Made by a program: the position numbers and the translations under genes. Below, one piece after another: positions 1 through 10,941 of a stretch of 64,000 nt of DNA. The first letter of the stretch is position 1. Each line of letters begins with the position of its first letter. Source of the stretch: Squalus acanthias (taxonomy: Eukaryota); the NCBI GenBank assembly GCA_030390025.1, contig CM059432.1, positions 72,976,001 through 73,040,000 on the forward strand, written 5' to 3'. Below the pieces are notes generated by a model. That model did not search any database. It was not told the origin of the DNA and saw nothing but the letters and a program-made list of their open reading frames with translations.

Positions 1-115
1 GACAGAAAGCAGGCAACTATAGACCAGTTAGCCTAACATCTGTCATTGGGAAAATGCTGGAGTCCATTATTAAGGAAGTGGTAGCAGGACATTTAGAAAA
101 TCATAATATAGTCAA

Positions 116-320
116 ATGTGAGAAGTCGCACAACACCAGGTTATAGTCTAACCGCTATATTTGAAATCACAAGCTTTCGGAGCGCTGCTCCTTCGTCAGG
201 TGAAGGAGCAGCGCTCCGAAAGCTTGTGATTTCAAATAAAGCTGTTGGACTATAACCTGGTGTTGTGCGACTTCTCACATTTGTCCACCCCAGTCCAACA
301 CCGGCATCTCCACATCATGG
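116..320. mobile_element. Penelope-like (pLTR) inverted-repeat remnant inserted in the CR1
   Basis: Inverted repeat 113-283 plus a unique tail to 320. 13-bp direct repeat ATAATATAGTCAA at 103-115 and 321-333. Contains a hammerhead motif and AATAAA. Confidence 0.8.
167..203 (-). ncRNA. Candidate minimal type I hammerhead ribozyme
   Basis: Minus strand reads UCAC-CUGACGA-A-GGAGC-AGC-GCUCC-GAAA-GC-UU-GUGA: CUGANGA and GAAA cores, 5-bp stem II, palindromic AGCU stem III, UCAC/GUGA stem I. Confidence 0.7.
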
Positions 321-2339
321 ATAATATAGTCAAGCAGAGTCAGCATGGTTTTATGGAAGGGAAATCATGTTTGACAAATCTGCTGGAGTTCTTTGAGGAT
401 GTAACGAGCAGGGTGGATAAAGGGGAACCAGTAGCTGTCGTGTATTTGGATTTCCAGAAGGCATTCGATAAGGTACCACATAAAAGGTTACTGCACAAGA
501 TAAGAGCTCACGGTGTTGGGGGTAATATATTAGCATGGATAGAGGATTGGCTAACTAACAGAAAACAGAGAGTCAGAATAAATGGGTCATTTTCAGGTTG
601 GCAAACTGTAACTAGCGGGGTGCCGTAGGGATCAGTGCTGGGGCCTCAACTATTTACAATCTATATTAATGACTTGGATGAAGGGACCGAGTATAATGTA
701 GCCAAATTTGCTGATGATACAAAGATAGGTGGGAAAGCAAATTGTATGGAGAACGCAAAGAATCTCAAAAGGGATATAGATAGGCTAAGTGAGTGGGCAA
801 AAATCTGGCAGATGGTGTAAAATGTGGGAAAATGCGAGGTTATCCACTTTGGTAGGAAAAATAAAAAAAGCAAATTATTATTTAAATGGGGAGAGATTAC
901 AAAATGCTGAGGTACAGAGGGATCTGGGGGCCCTTGTACATGAATCACAAAAAGTTAGCATGCAGGTACTGCAAGTAATTAGGAAGGCAAATGGAATGTT
1001 GGCCTTTATTGCAAAGGGAATGTAGTATAAAAGTAGGGAAGTCCTGTTACAACTATAGTGAGACCACACCTGGAGTACTGCATACAGTTTTAGTCTCCTT
1101 ATTTAAGGAAGGATATACTTGCATTGGAGGCAGTTCAGAGAAGGTTCACGAGGTTGATTCCGGAGATGAAGGGGTTGTCTTATGAAGAAAGGTTGAGCAG
1201 GTTGGGTCTATACTCATTGGAGTTTAGAAGAATGAGAGGGGATCTTATTGAAACATATAAGATTCTGAAGGGGCTTGACAGGGTAGATGCAGAGAGGATG
1301 TTTCCCCTCGTGGGGGAATTTAGAACTAGGGGACATAATTTCAGAATAAGGGGGCACCCATTTAAAATGGAAATGAGGAGGAATTTCTTCTCTCAGAGGG
1401 TCTTAAATCTTTGGAATTCTCTTCCCCAGAGAGCTGTGGAGGCTGGGTCATTGAATATATTTAAGGTGGAGATAGACAGATTTTTGCATTGTAAGGGAGT
1501 CAAGGGTTATGGGGAGCGGGCAGCGAAGTGGAGTGAAGGCCAAGATCAGATCAGCCATGATCTTATTGAATGGCAGAGCAGGCTCGAGGGGCCAAATGAC
1601 CTACTCCTGCTCCTATGTCTTATGTTCATATGTCTTATGTTGTAAGTGTGCCCACACAGCTTGGACGCCATTTTTGAGCCTTAGGAGGCTGTGTAGCGCC
1701 TAAAAAACTGGCGTTAAAGAGCCCAATTTCCCCCCCAGGTTGCCTAATGTGTTTATATGACATTCTTCTATCCACTATTTTAATGCAGGAGTTAACCTTT
1801 TTAATTTAAATGGTTTAATACCTTGGTTAAAATAGCAAACAAAAAATTGTCATAAGAAAGCATTAAGCATTTGTCTGCTAATATCGCCAACAATAATGTT
1901 TAGGCTGACAGCTGAATCCTTTGGCCCTGAAATTCCTTGTTCATGATGCCAGTAGTTATATTGCGATCATGCCTGTTAGTGTCCTCCAGCATTGATTCCA
2001 CTGGAGTTTGCAGACTCAGTGGGAGAGCACCTAATTTACATGGGACAGATGGATGCAAGGGCCATTTTGGGCGCATTTCTAGTGTCCACCTGTCCATGAC
2101 TGCCGGAAAACTTCGTTGTTCATCCAGCCTTGGGGGGAGTTGCCTAGCCCCTCTTTCAACTCCGACCCTGGTTCCCTCGACCTCAGAGCAAGGGAGCCAA
2201 TCTGTAAAAAAAATTACAACATTTTCTTCTATTTGGGGGTCCAGGTGACTTGCCTGGTCTGGGCCCCAAACCACTCTCAGGGAATCTAGTATGCCTCGCC
2301 TCACCTCACCTCACTTGGTTTATTGGCCTTCACTGACAC

Positions 2340-3929
2340 ACCATCTTCAAGAAAGGTGACAAGTCCGATTGCGGTAATTACAGAGGAGTTTCCCTGCTGT
2401 CTGCCACAGCGAAAGTCATCGCAAGACTCCTCCTCAATCACCTTCTCCCAGTGGCTGAAGAGCTCCCCCCAGAGTCGCAATACGGATTCCGCCCACTAAG
2501 GGGCACAATGGACATGATCTTCACCGCGCGTCAACTACAAGAGAAATGCAGGGAACAGCACCAACCGCTGTACATGACCTTCTTTGACCTCACAAAAGCC
2601 TTCAACACTGTCAACCATGGGGGATTATGGAGTGTCCTCCTCAAATTCGGCTGCCCTCAAAAGTTTGTCACCATCCTCCGCCTGCTTCACGATGACATGC
2701 AAGCCGTGATCCTGACCAACAGATCCACCACAGACCCAATTCACGTACGGACCAGGGAGAAGCAAGGCTGTATCATCACACCAACACTCTTCTCGATCTT
2801 CCTTGCTGCAATGCTCCATCTCACCCTCAGTAAGCTACCCGCTGGAGTGGGGCTAATCTACAGAACAAACGGGAAACTGTTCAACCTCCATCGCCTCCAG
2901 TCCAGATCCAAGGTCGTCCCATCCTCTGTCATCGAATTACAGTATGCAGACGACACTTGCGTCTGCGCTCACTCGGAGGTCAAACTCCAAACCATCGTCA
3001 ACACCTTCACCGAAGCGTACGAGAGCATGGACCTTACACTAAACATCCGTAAGACAAAGGTCCTCTACCAACCTGCCACACAGTACTGCCCCCCGATTAT
3101 TAAAATCCACGACGAGGCTTTCGACAACGTGGACCACTTTCCATACCTCGGGAGCCTACTGTCAACAAGGACAGACATCGATGACGAAGTCCAACACTGC
3201 CTTCAATGTGCCAATGCAGCCTTTGGTTGCCTGAGGAAGAGAGTGTTTGAAGACCAGGACCTCAACCCGGCACTAAGCTCATGGTCTACAGAGCAGTAGT
3301 GATACCCGCCCTCCTGTATGCTTCAGAGACATGGACCATGTACAGCAGGCACCTCAAGGCATTGGAGAGGTACCACCAACGCTGCCTCTGCAAGATCCTG
3401 CAAATCCATTGGCAGGATAGGCGCACCAACGTCAGTGTTCTCGCTCAGGCCAACATCCCCAGCATCGAAGCTTTGACCACGCTCGATCAGCTCCGGTGGA
3501 CGGGTCACGTCGTCCGCATGCCCGATACGAGACTCCCAAAACAAGCGCTCTACTCGGAGCTCCGACACGGCAAGAAAGCCCCAGGTGGGCAGAGGAAATG
3601 CTTCAAGGACACCCTCAAAGCCTCCTTGAAAAAATGCAACATCCCCACCGACACCTGGGAATCCCTGGCCCAAGACCCCACAAAGTGGAGGAGAAGCATC
3701 CGGGAAGGCGCCGAACACCTCGAGTCTCTTCGTCGGGAGCAAGCGGAAGCCAAGCAGAAGGAGCGCACGTTAACCCAAGCACCCCACCCACCCGCCCCTT
3801 CAACCACCGTCTGCCCCACCTGTGACAGAGACTGTAGGTCCCGCATTGGACTCATCAGTCACCTGAGAACTCATTTTTATTGTGGAAGCAAGTCATCCTC
3901 GGCTCCAAGGGACTGCCTAAGAAGAAGAA
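2340..3929 (+). mobile_element. RTE-clade (BovB-like) LINE, 5'-truncated, frameshifted ORF with RT and C-terminal C2H2 finger
   Basis: ORFs 2451-3299 and 3281-3985: QYGFRP, FFDLTKAFNTV, YRTNGKLFNL, LQYADD, FPYLGS, QLRWTGHVVRM, CPTCDRDCRSRIGLISHLRTH; (AAG)n tail. Confidence 0.92.
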
Positions 3930-5025
3930 AAGATCCAAGTCCAGCAAAAGGAGTGGCAACATTCGGCATAGGGAGTTCCTACTAATGGCTTTGCAGGCTG
4001 GATGTCACTTGTTTTGTAAGGGGCGCACAGAGATTCCGCCCCATACAAAGCAGCCAGTAAACTCCTGGAAACAGCAAGGGCTTGGTGCAACCAGGTCCAT
4101 CGGTCTCCGGTCAGAATTACAGTGGGAGACCAGCAGACCCCCCCACCCCCCCAGAAAATTTTGAAGCCATTAGATATTATCAAACCATCTCTCATTTGTG
4201 AAATGTGTCTTAGAATTCACTTGTGTCTTTGTGCCTGTCATTTTTTTCTTTTGCATTAGTTAAATATCTGTATTGTTTTTCATTAGCTTCTCGTTGTTAT
4301 TTTTTGCTTTGGTTATCTGACTAATCACGTTCTAGAAACAGCCACCAATTATATTCAGGAATCACAGTTGTTGCAACATACCGTGACAGTTCACTGCTCA
4401 ATTACTTCACTTCCTGTTTCAGTTCCAGCCCCACCCCCGCAGTATCTCTCCCACCTGTGTAAATTCCTGCTGCTAACTCGGAGACACGTTTGGAATGGGC
4501 GGGAGGGAAATCCCCAGGTGATCTCAGCATTAGGCCCCGGGCCATATTTCGCTCTCGGGCCTCATATAAATAAGGCAGGACAATCTCCCTCTTGTAACCA
4601 GCAGAACTGACATCAGGGCTGGCGGGTGGGAGCGGGCAAGAGGGCGGGGAGCATCAGGATGCTGGGGACCTAATGGAACAGTCCTCAGCATAAAGTTAGC
4701 ACTGGATAAAGGCTTTGGCAGCCAATGCCAACACTGAGAGGGAGAGGCAAGACCAGGATGTGGAGGCCCATGGGCTCCTTGTGGGGTCTGTGGGGAGCAC
4801 TTCTTCTCCCTCTGGCCCCATAAGGCTTTCACATAAAATTTATTTTTCTAAACTTACCTTCGTCTCTTCTGGCTAGTCAGCACCTCCCACCTGCCAGGTT
4901 TGACACCGGGCGCGCCTCCCGCGACTCGTCGTGAAAATCATGTCGTGACACCACCAATGACATCATCAGGCCACGACTTTTACATTTAAATTAGGCTCTC
5001 GCTTGCCTGAGTCGGTGAAGATACG

Positions 5026-5714
5026 GGGTTGGATTTTGATACTGGGGCGGGTTGGGGTCGTGTCATCCACCCGACTGCAATTGGATGTGGGAGATTGATG
5101 CAATTTTCACCTAATTGGGCAATTGAGTTCCAGCATGTGGGAACCCATGAACCAATTAGTGTTTTCAGTCTGAAAGTCGCCTTTGATGATGTCATCATTG
5201 CTGCTGCATTGCAGGTCTTCAAAAACTGCCTGGCCTTTGCTGTGAGAGGACCTGCAAAATGAGCAGCAGCAGTCCTAAGTCTGTTCCCAGATATTTTTAC
5301 ACCACCACTCCCAGATATGTCTTCTCTCCATCCATATATACATCCATCCCCATAGCCATCCATATATGCATCCCCATAGTCATCCATCCATCCATCCATC
5401 CATCCAGCCAGATGTGCTCCCCGCCAGGTTTCACATTCGTGGTTCAGAACAGGCGTGCTTCACGTAGAACAAGGGTTAAAATCACAAAGGCCTTTCAAAA
5501 TGGCATTATAGAGGCAATTTAGTGCTTGTTAAGGGCCTTAACAGCCTATCCCACCTCTTAAAGGCGAGACGGAGTCGGGACCAGCAGACACGATTTAATG
5601 AAAATTGCGTGGAGGCGGGATGCAGGCGGACTTGTGCCCGCCCGCCAGTTTTCGCAATTTTAACCCCCCACACGCCTCCAAACCCGCCTCCACGGGTCAA
5701 TGAAAATCCAGCCC
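5026..5714. mobile_element. Harbinger-type MITE (family A, copy 1)
   Basis: TIR GGGTTGGATTTT...AAAATCCAGCCC, ACG TSD at 5023-5025 and 5715-5717. Inverted homologue at 26838-27376. Confidence 0.85.
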
Positions 5715-6876
5715 ACGATGTTGCCAGACAGGAGCAGTGCAGCCTCAGCCTGGTAAGTAGACTCGGCCTAATCTTACCCTTTCCACGCACCACTATGGCT
5801 GGGTAAGGGGGGTAAAATCGAGGCCAATGGCTCAGAGACAGCATTGCCATACAGTCATTTGGCTCCATGGTCTAGTCTGCCACTCAAACAACAGACACAG
5901 TTGTGGCTTAAGCATTGAACTCTCTCATAACGCTTTGCACCAACAACCAGCAATAGTGGATAGAGGTCAGAACTCAATCTATACAAATCCTTGGGGTATG
6001 TACTAATTTCGATAATAAATGGAGTTTATCTGCAGTAGGATATTGAACATAAAAATATTCAGCAGGCAGTGGTGGGAAAATCCCATTTTTCACTAGAGAT
6101 TTATATTATAATTCAATCTATGATTGAAGAATTAGATAGACTAGGGTCTGCACATTTTGAAAGAATTGGGATTTAAGCTTTTACAAATTTTCAGATCCCA
6201 ATTACCCAGTAGGAATTTAATTGATTTGCTACTTAAAAAAAATCTACATATATTATGTGAGGTATGCAGTTTTATTTTATTCTTATGCATAGAGGCCCAC
6301 TCGGCACAGGCACGATGGACTGAATGGCCTTCTTCTGTGCTGTAAGATTCTGTGATATATGTTTCAAAACGAAGATTTGATAAGCACTTCGGGCGTGAAA
6401 TTGGACTCGATAGTTTGGGCGGTACGGGTGCCGTTTGGGGACCAAAGTGGCGTCCAATGCGCGCGCGCGCACTTCTGCCACGGATCGTGCCAGTTGCATC
6501 TGGGTGAGGGTGTTAGCACGCGGAGCGAATGTCCGCCAGAAGTATACAGAGCAGGAAGATCATGTTTTCAATCAGGTGCCAATTCGGAACTAAATGCTCC
6601 AGCCGATGCCCTCTTAACCTCGTGCAGCTGAACACATGTTAAGTAGCTGGAAGGACCCCCCCCCCCCCCCCGCCACCAGCGCTATTTAAAAGGATCATCA
6701 ATTACTTACAGGTTAGTTGCTGGTTGATTTCTTCTGGATGTTGCTACGACTGTACAAGTGTTTGGTGCTTTCTATAGTTCTTTCAAGTTGCAAAAGTCCA
6801 CAGGGAGTGGTGTGGCAGGTGCTGAAGGACTTTTTGCTGACTTCAAGGCTGCTGCACAAACCAGTTGCTCCCAGAC

Positions 6877-7943
6877 ATGGGTGCACGAGTAGGAATTCCC
6901 CTTAGAATACAGCATGACTTGGAGAATGAAAAGAGGCTGCGCAGAGCAGGAAAAGCTGCTAGAAGAGGGAGGAGGGGGAGAAGGGCTCTCAGCAGGAGGC
7001 CATATCGGCTCAGGGTGTTCAGGGAGCAATTCTCCTACCTGAAACTCAGCGCATGTGAGATGTCTGCGCTTCAATAAGGACGGGCTCACTGAAATCTGCC
7101 ACATGCGGCAGCCACAACTGCAACCTCAGAGTAGGGCAAGGACTGCATTGCCACTGGCTGTGAAGGTGACCGTGGCGATGAACTTTTATGCGTCGGGCTC
7201 CTTCCTTGCTGGAGCTGGAGATATTTGCAACATCTCGCAGTTTGCCGTTCACTGTTGCGTAAGGAATGTCACTGAGGCTTTCTATTCAAACAGAGCCAAC
7301 TACATTTTATTCTCTCTTGCCCGAGACCAGCAGGCGGAGTAGGTACACAGCTTTGCTAGGATTGCAGGGTGCCACATCAACCCTGCCGTATACCGGAACC
7401 GAAAGGTTTTCCACTCCCTCAACGTCCAGCTGGTGTGTGACCATACTCAGCGCATCATGCAGGTCAATGCCTGGTATCCTGGCAGCAGCCATGATGCCTT
7501 CATTCTATGGCAGTCCGCAGTGCCAGCTGCATTCGAGCCATCACGGCAAACCAGAGGGTGGCTACTGGGTGACAAGGGCTATCTGCTAACGACATGGCTC
7601 ATGACTCCGGTGCGCAACCTAAAGCACACGGCGACAGCATGCATACAACGAAAGCTATGCTGCAGCACGAAATGTGATGGAGCAGACCATTGGCGTGCTG
7701 AAACAATGCTTCCGCTGCTTAGCCCGCTCTGGAGGAGCCCTGCAGTACTCGGCAGAGTGGGTGTTAAGCTTTGTGGTGGTCTGCTGCATGCTGCACAACC
7801 TCGCCATCATGAGGGCACAGCCCTTGCCACCAGCAATACGGCGAAAAGCTGAGAAGGAGGAGCAGGAGCAGGAGGAAGAGGAAGGAAGGAAGCAACCTAG
7901 ACAGCGCCTTTCTGCCCGGGCTGTCCGTGAAAAACTAATTTGA
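6877..7943 (+). pseudogene. Harbinger (HARBI1-like) DDE transposase, frameshifted and internally deleted
   Basis: Motifs across frames: [75 protein letters not shown]. The GAID-type segment is missing near 7370. Confidence 0.9.
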
Positions 7944-8109
7944 GTACGATACAATTAACCGCAACTCCAATTCCCCATTCACCAACAGTCCCACTCCTTA
8001 CCTTCCCTCTGTCACTGACCATCATAGCGTTCGCTTGACCACAATGCAAAAATAAAAGCCACCACAAAATAAACAATCCAAACCAAATCTATAAATCAAA
8101 TAATACCAT

Positions 8110-8810
8110 ATTGCATACAAATGTTGGAGGACAGATTTCTGGACTGCTGTGATACTCTGCAAGCCCCTTTGAACACTGTAATTCACAGCCACGATGACAG
8201 CATTCTGAGCTTCCACTGCAGCACTCAGACGTTGGGTGGCTGGTGCTTGTGCTGTAATGGAAATTCTGACGTCGGCCATCAGACGCTGCATCATGGTTGG
8301 GTCCACAAGTGTGTGAATGGAGTTTGCCACCACTTCCATGCTGGAAAGGATGGGCTCCAAGCTCTGCACAAAGCCCTGCACCAAGTTGGTGCTGGACTCC
8401 TCCATGCTCCTTGACATTGAATGCAGGCTTTCTGGTAGGCTTCCCAATGCACCAAGCATTTTGTTGTGCATACCCATCAGCCTTCTTCTGTAGGCTGCCC
8501 CATTGAAGTCCTCATCTGAGTCCTCTGCAGCAGAACTCGTGTGCGACCTCGCCCTCCAGCAAGCTGGCACCTGCGCTATCTTTTCCCCCTGCCCTGGCTG
8601 CAGCGCACTAGTGCCCGGTGTCTCACCACGCACAGATCCCGCCTCTAATCTATCCTCTAACATACACGTAGTGTCAGTGTCTGAGCTGGTGGCTGCGAGT
8701 GTGAAATCAATTGACGGGGCTGTTTCTTGATCATCACTCCCTTCTTGGTGTTCCTCCGCTGCCTAGCCAGGTTGCACATCTTGGGGTGCTCCCAGATACC
8801 TCTGACTAGC
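8110..8810 (-). pseudogene. C-terminal exon(s) of the Harbinger Myb/SANT partner gene (decayed)
   Basis: ORF 8022-8663 lies convergent with the transposase, as in two-gene Harbingers, and has coiled-coil-like composition. The SANT exon itself is not visible in this copy. Confidence 0.6.
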
Positions 8811-9285
8811 AAGAAAGTAAGAGATGCATGCATACACCATCTACAGCTTGTAAATCAGAGAGTGTGCGATGAAGCAGAAGTGGGATGTGAGAAGGAAGAT
8901 TTGGTATGAGGATACCGTCACTTTCGATGGTTTCAGCCGCGCCACTGGAAAACTGTTACCAGTCAATGTAATAAAGCTTGTTATTATAAAAACCACTTGT
9001 GCATGAATCATAAGCAGAGTTATTGTCGCCGGACTAACAGCCCTTTGTTGTGTCGGTAACCACAGAGGAAAATCTCCAACAGGCTGTAAAGCGCTTAGGA
9101 AGGTCCGGAGGTCGTAAAAAAATTTTTTTTTTAATTGTCTTTATTTCTTTTGTAGAATCCTCGGGGCCCCGCAAGGAAACCTTGAGCCTCCCCTGCCCCA
9201 AACTTCCCATCTTTCCCTGCCCCACTCGCTAAGCTGCCATCCTACCTGGTCTCAGCAATGGCTGTTCCAATAATGGCCTGCATTG

Positions 9286-10335
9286 ACTGAAAGCAAACAT
9301 GCAGGTGCAGCAAGCAGTTAGGAAGGCAAATGGTATATTGGCCTCCATTGCAAGAGGATTTGAGTACAGGAGCAAGAATGTCTTATTACAGTTATACAGG
9401 GTCTTGGTGAGACCACACCTGGAGTAAGAGCCCCAGGTGGGCAGAGGAAACGCTTCAAGGACACCCTCAAAACCTCCTTGAAAAAGTGCAACATCCCCAC
9501 CGACACCTCGGAATCCCTGGCCCAAGACCGCACAAATTGGAGGAGAAGCATCTGGGAAGGCGCCGAACACCTCGAGTCTCTTTGCCGGGAGCAAGCGGAA
9601 GCCAAGCACAAACAGCGGAAGAAGCGCACGTCAACCCAAGCACCCCACCCATCCACCCCTTCAACTACCGTCTGCCCCACCTGTGACAGAGACTGTAGGT
9701 CCTGCATTGGACTCATCAGTCACCTGAGAACTCATTTTTAGTGTGGAAGCAAGTTATCCTCGGTTCTGAGGGACTGCCTAAGAAGAAGAGTACTGTGTGC
9801 AGTTTTGGTCTCCTTACCTAAGAAAGGATATACTTGCCATAGAGGGAGGGCAGCGAAGGTTCACCAGACTGATTCCTGGGATGACAGGACTGTCGTATGA
9901 GGAGAGATTGGGTCGACTAGGCCTGTATTCACTAGAGTTTAGAAGAATGAGAGGGGATCTCATTGAAACGTATAAAATTCTGACAGGGCTAGACAGACTG
10001 GATACAGGGAGGATGTTTCCCCTGGCTCGGGGGTCTAGAACGAGGGGTCAGTCTCACGATATGGGGTAGGACATTTAAGACTGAGATGAGGAGAAATTTC
10101 TTCACTCAGAGGGTGGTGAACCTGTGGAATTCTCTACCACAGAAGGCTGTGGAGGCCAAGTCACTGAATATATGTAAGAAGGATATAGATCAATTTCTAG
10201 ACACAAAAGGCATCAAGGGATATGGGGAGAGAGCGGGAATATGGTATTGAGATAGAGGATCAGCCATGGTCATATTGAATGGCGGAGCAGGCTCGAAGGG
10301 CCGAATGGCCTACTCCTGCTCCAATTTTTCTGTGT
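9286..10335 (+). mobile_element. CR1 LINE 3' fragment interrupted by an RTE fragment
   Basis: MQVQQAVRKANG...LVRPHLE[insert]YCVQFWSPYLRKD... followed by a CR1 3'UTR. Confidence 0.9.
9427..9787 (+). mobile_element. RTE LINE 3' fragment (same family as 2340-3929)
   Basis: Closely matches 3577-3929; (AAG)n tail; GAGTA duplication at 9422-9426 and 9788-9792. Confidence 0.9.
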
Positions 10336-10384
10336 CTCCTCCATGCAGGCATGTCTGTTCTCCTCTGGTTAGCTCCTGCTGCCT

Positions 10385-10470
10385 CCTTACAACAGTGATA
10401 CACTCCAAAAGTACTTCATTGTCTGTAAAGCGCTTTGAGACATTCAGTGGTCGTGAAAAGCGCTATATAA
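10385..10470 (+). mobile_element. 3' tail fragment of a Deu-type SINE or its partner LINE
   Basis: ttacaacagtga...aagtacttcatt...gtaaagcgctttg...ctatataaatg matches 39840-39945. Confidence 0.7.
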
Positions 10471-10529
10471 ATGTAAGCCTTTCTTTTCTTTCTCCGGTTG
10501 TGTGCCACCTTGTCCTGCAAGAGAAAGGG

Positions 10530-10819
10530 AAGCAGAATATAGGGAGTTAGGAGGTAAATTAAAAAAGAGGACCTCAAAGGTAGTAATCTCAGGATTGCTA
10601 CCAGTGCCACGTGCTAGTCAGAGTAGAAATAGGATATTTCAAATGAATACGTGGCTAGAGGAATGGTGCAAGGAGGAGGGATTCAAATTCCTTGGACATT
10701 GGAACCGGTTCTGGGGGAGGTGGGACCAGTACAAACGGGATGGTCTGCACCTGGGCAGGGCCGGGACCGATGTCCTAGGGGGAGTGTTTGCTAGTGCTGT
10801 TGGGGAGGGTTTAAACTAA
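10530..10819 (+). CDS. CR1 ORF1 C-terminal part (SGNH/GDSL esterase-like)
   Basis: VVISGLLPVPRA...MNTWLEEWC...FKFLGHW...YKRDGLHL with the DxxH motif typical of CR1 ORF1 esterase. Confidence 0.8.
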
Positions 10820-10941
10820 AGTGGCAGGGGGTTGAGAACCTGAGCAGGGAGACAGAGGAAAGGGAAATAAGGATAAAAGCTAAAGACAGGAAGGAGAAAA
10901 ACAAAAGTAGAAGGCAAAGAACTCAACGGCTTAAATCAAAC

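Larger units (their letters stand above)
1..1641 (+). mobile_element. CR1-type LINE, 3' part of ORF2 (RT), decayed, cut by the window edge
   Basis: RT motifs NYRPVSLT, YLDFQKAFDKVPH, GVP*GSVLGP and KFADD with stops and frameshifts; 3'UTR stem-loop region and (TTATG-like)n tail. Confidence 0.93.

Noticed and set aside
201..230. Second hammerhead on the plus strand
   Set aside because: It has stem II and GAAA, but the CUGANGA box is cut off at the inversion junction.
4986..5399. Repeated ~100-aa ORF (also 27125-27445) suggesting a small duplicated gene
   Set aside because: It lies within two copies of the same MITE, has different starts and ends, and shows no recognisable domain.
6877..7943. 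Domesticated HARBI1 host gene
   Set aside because: Frameshifts, a stop, a deleted catalytic segment, and flanking TIR/TSD show a dead transposon.
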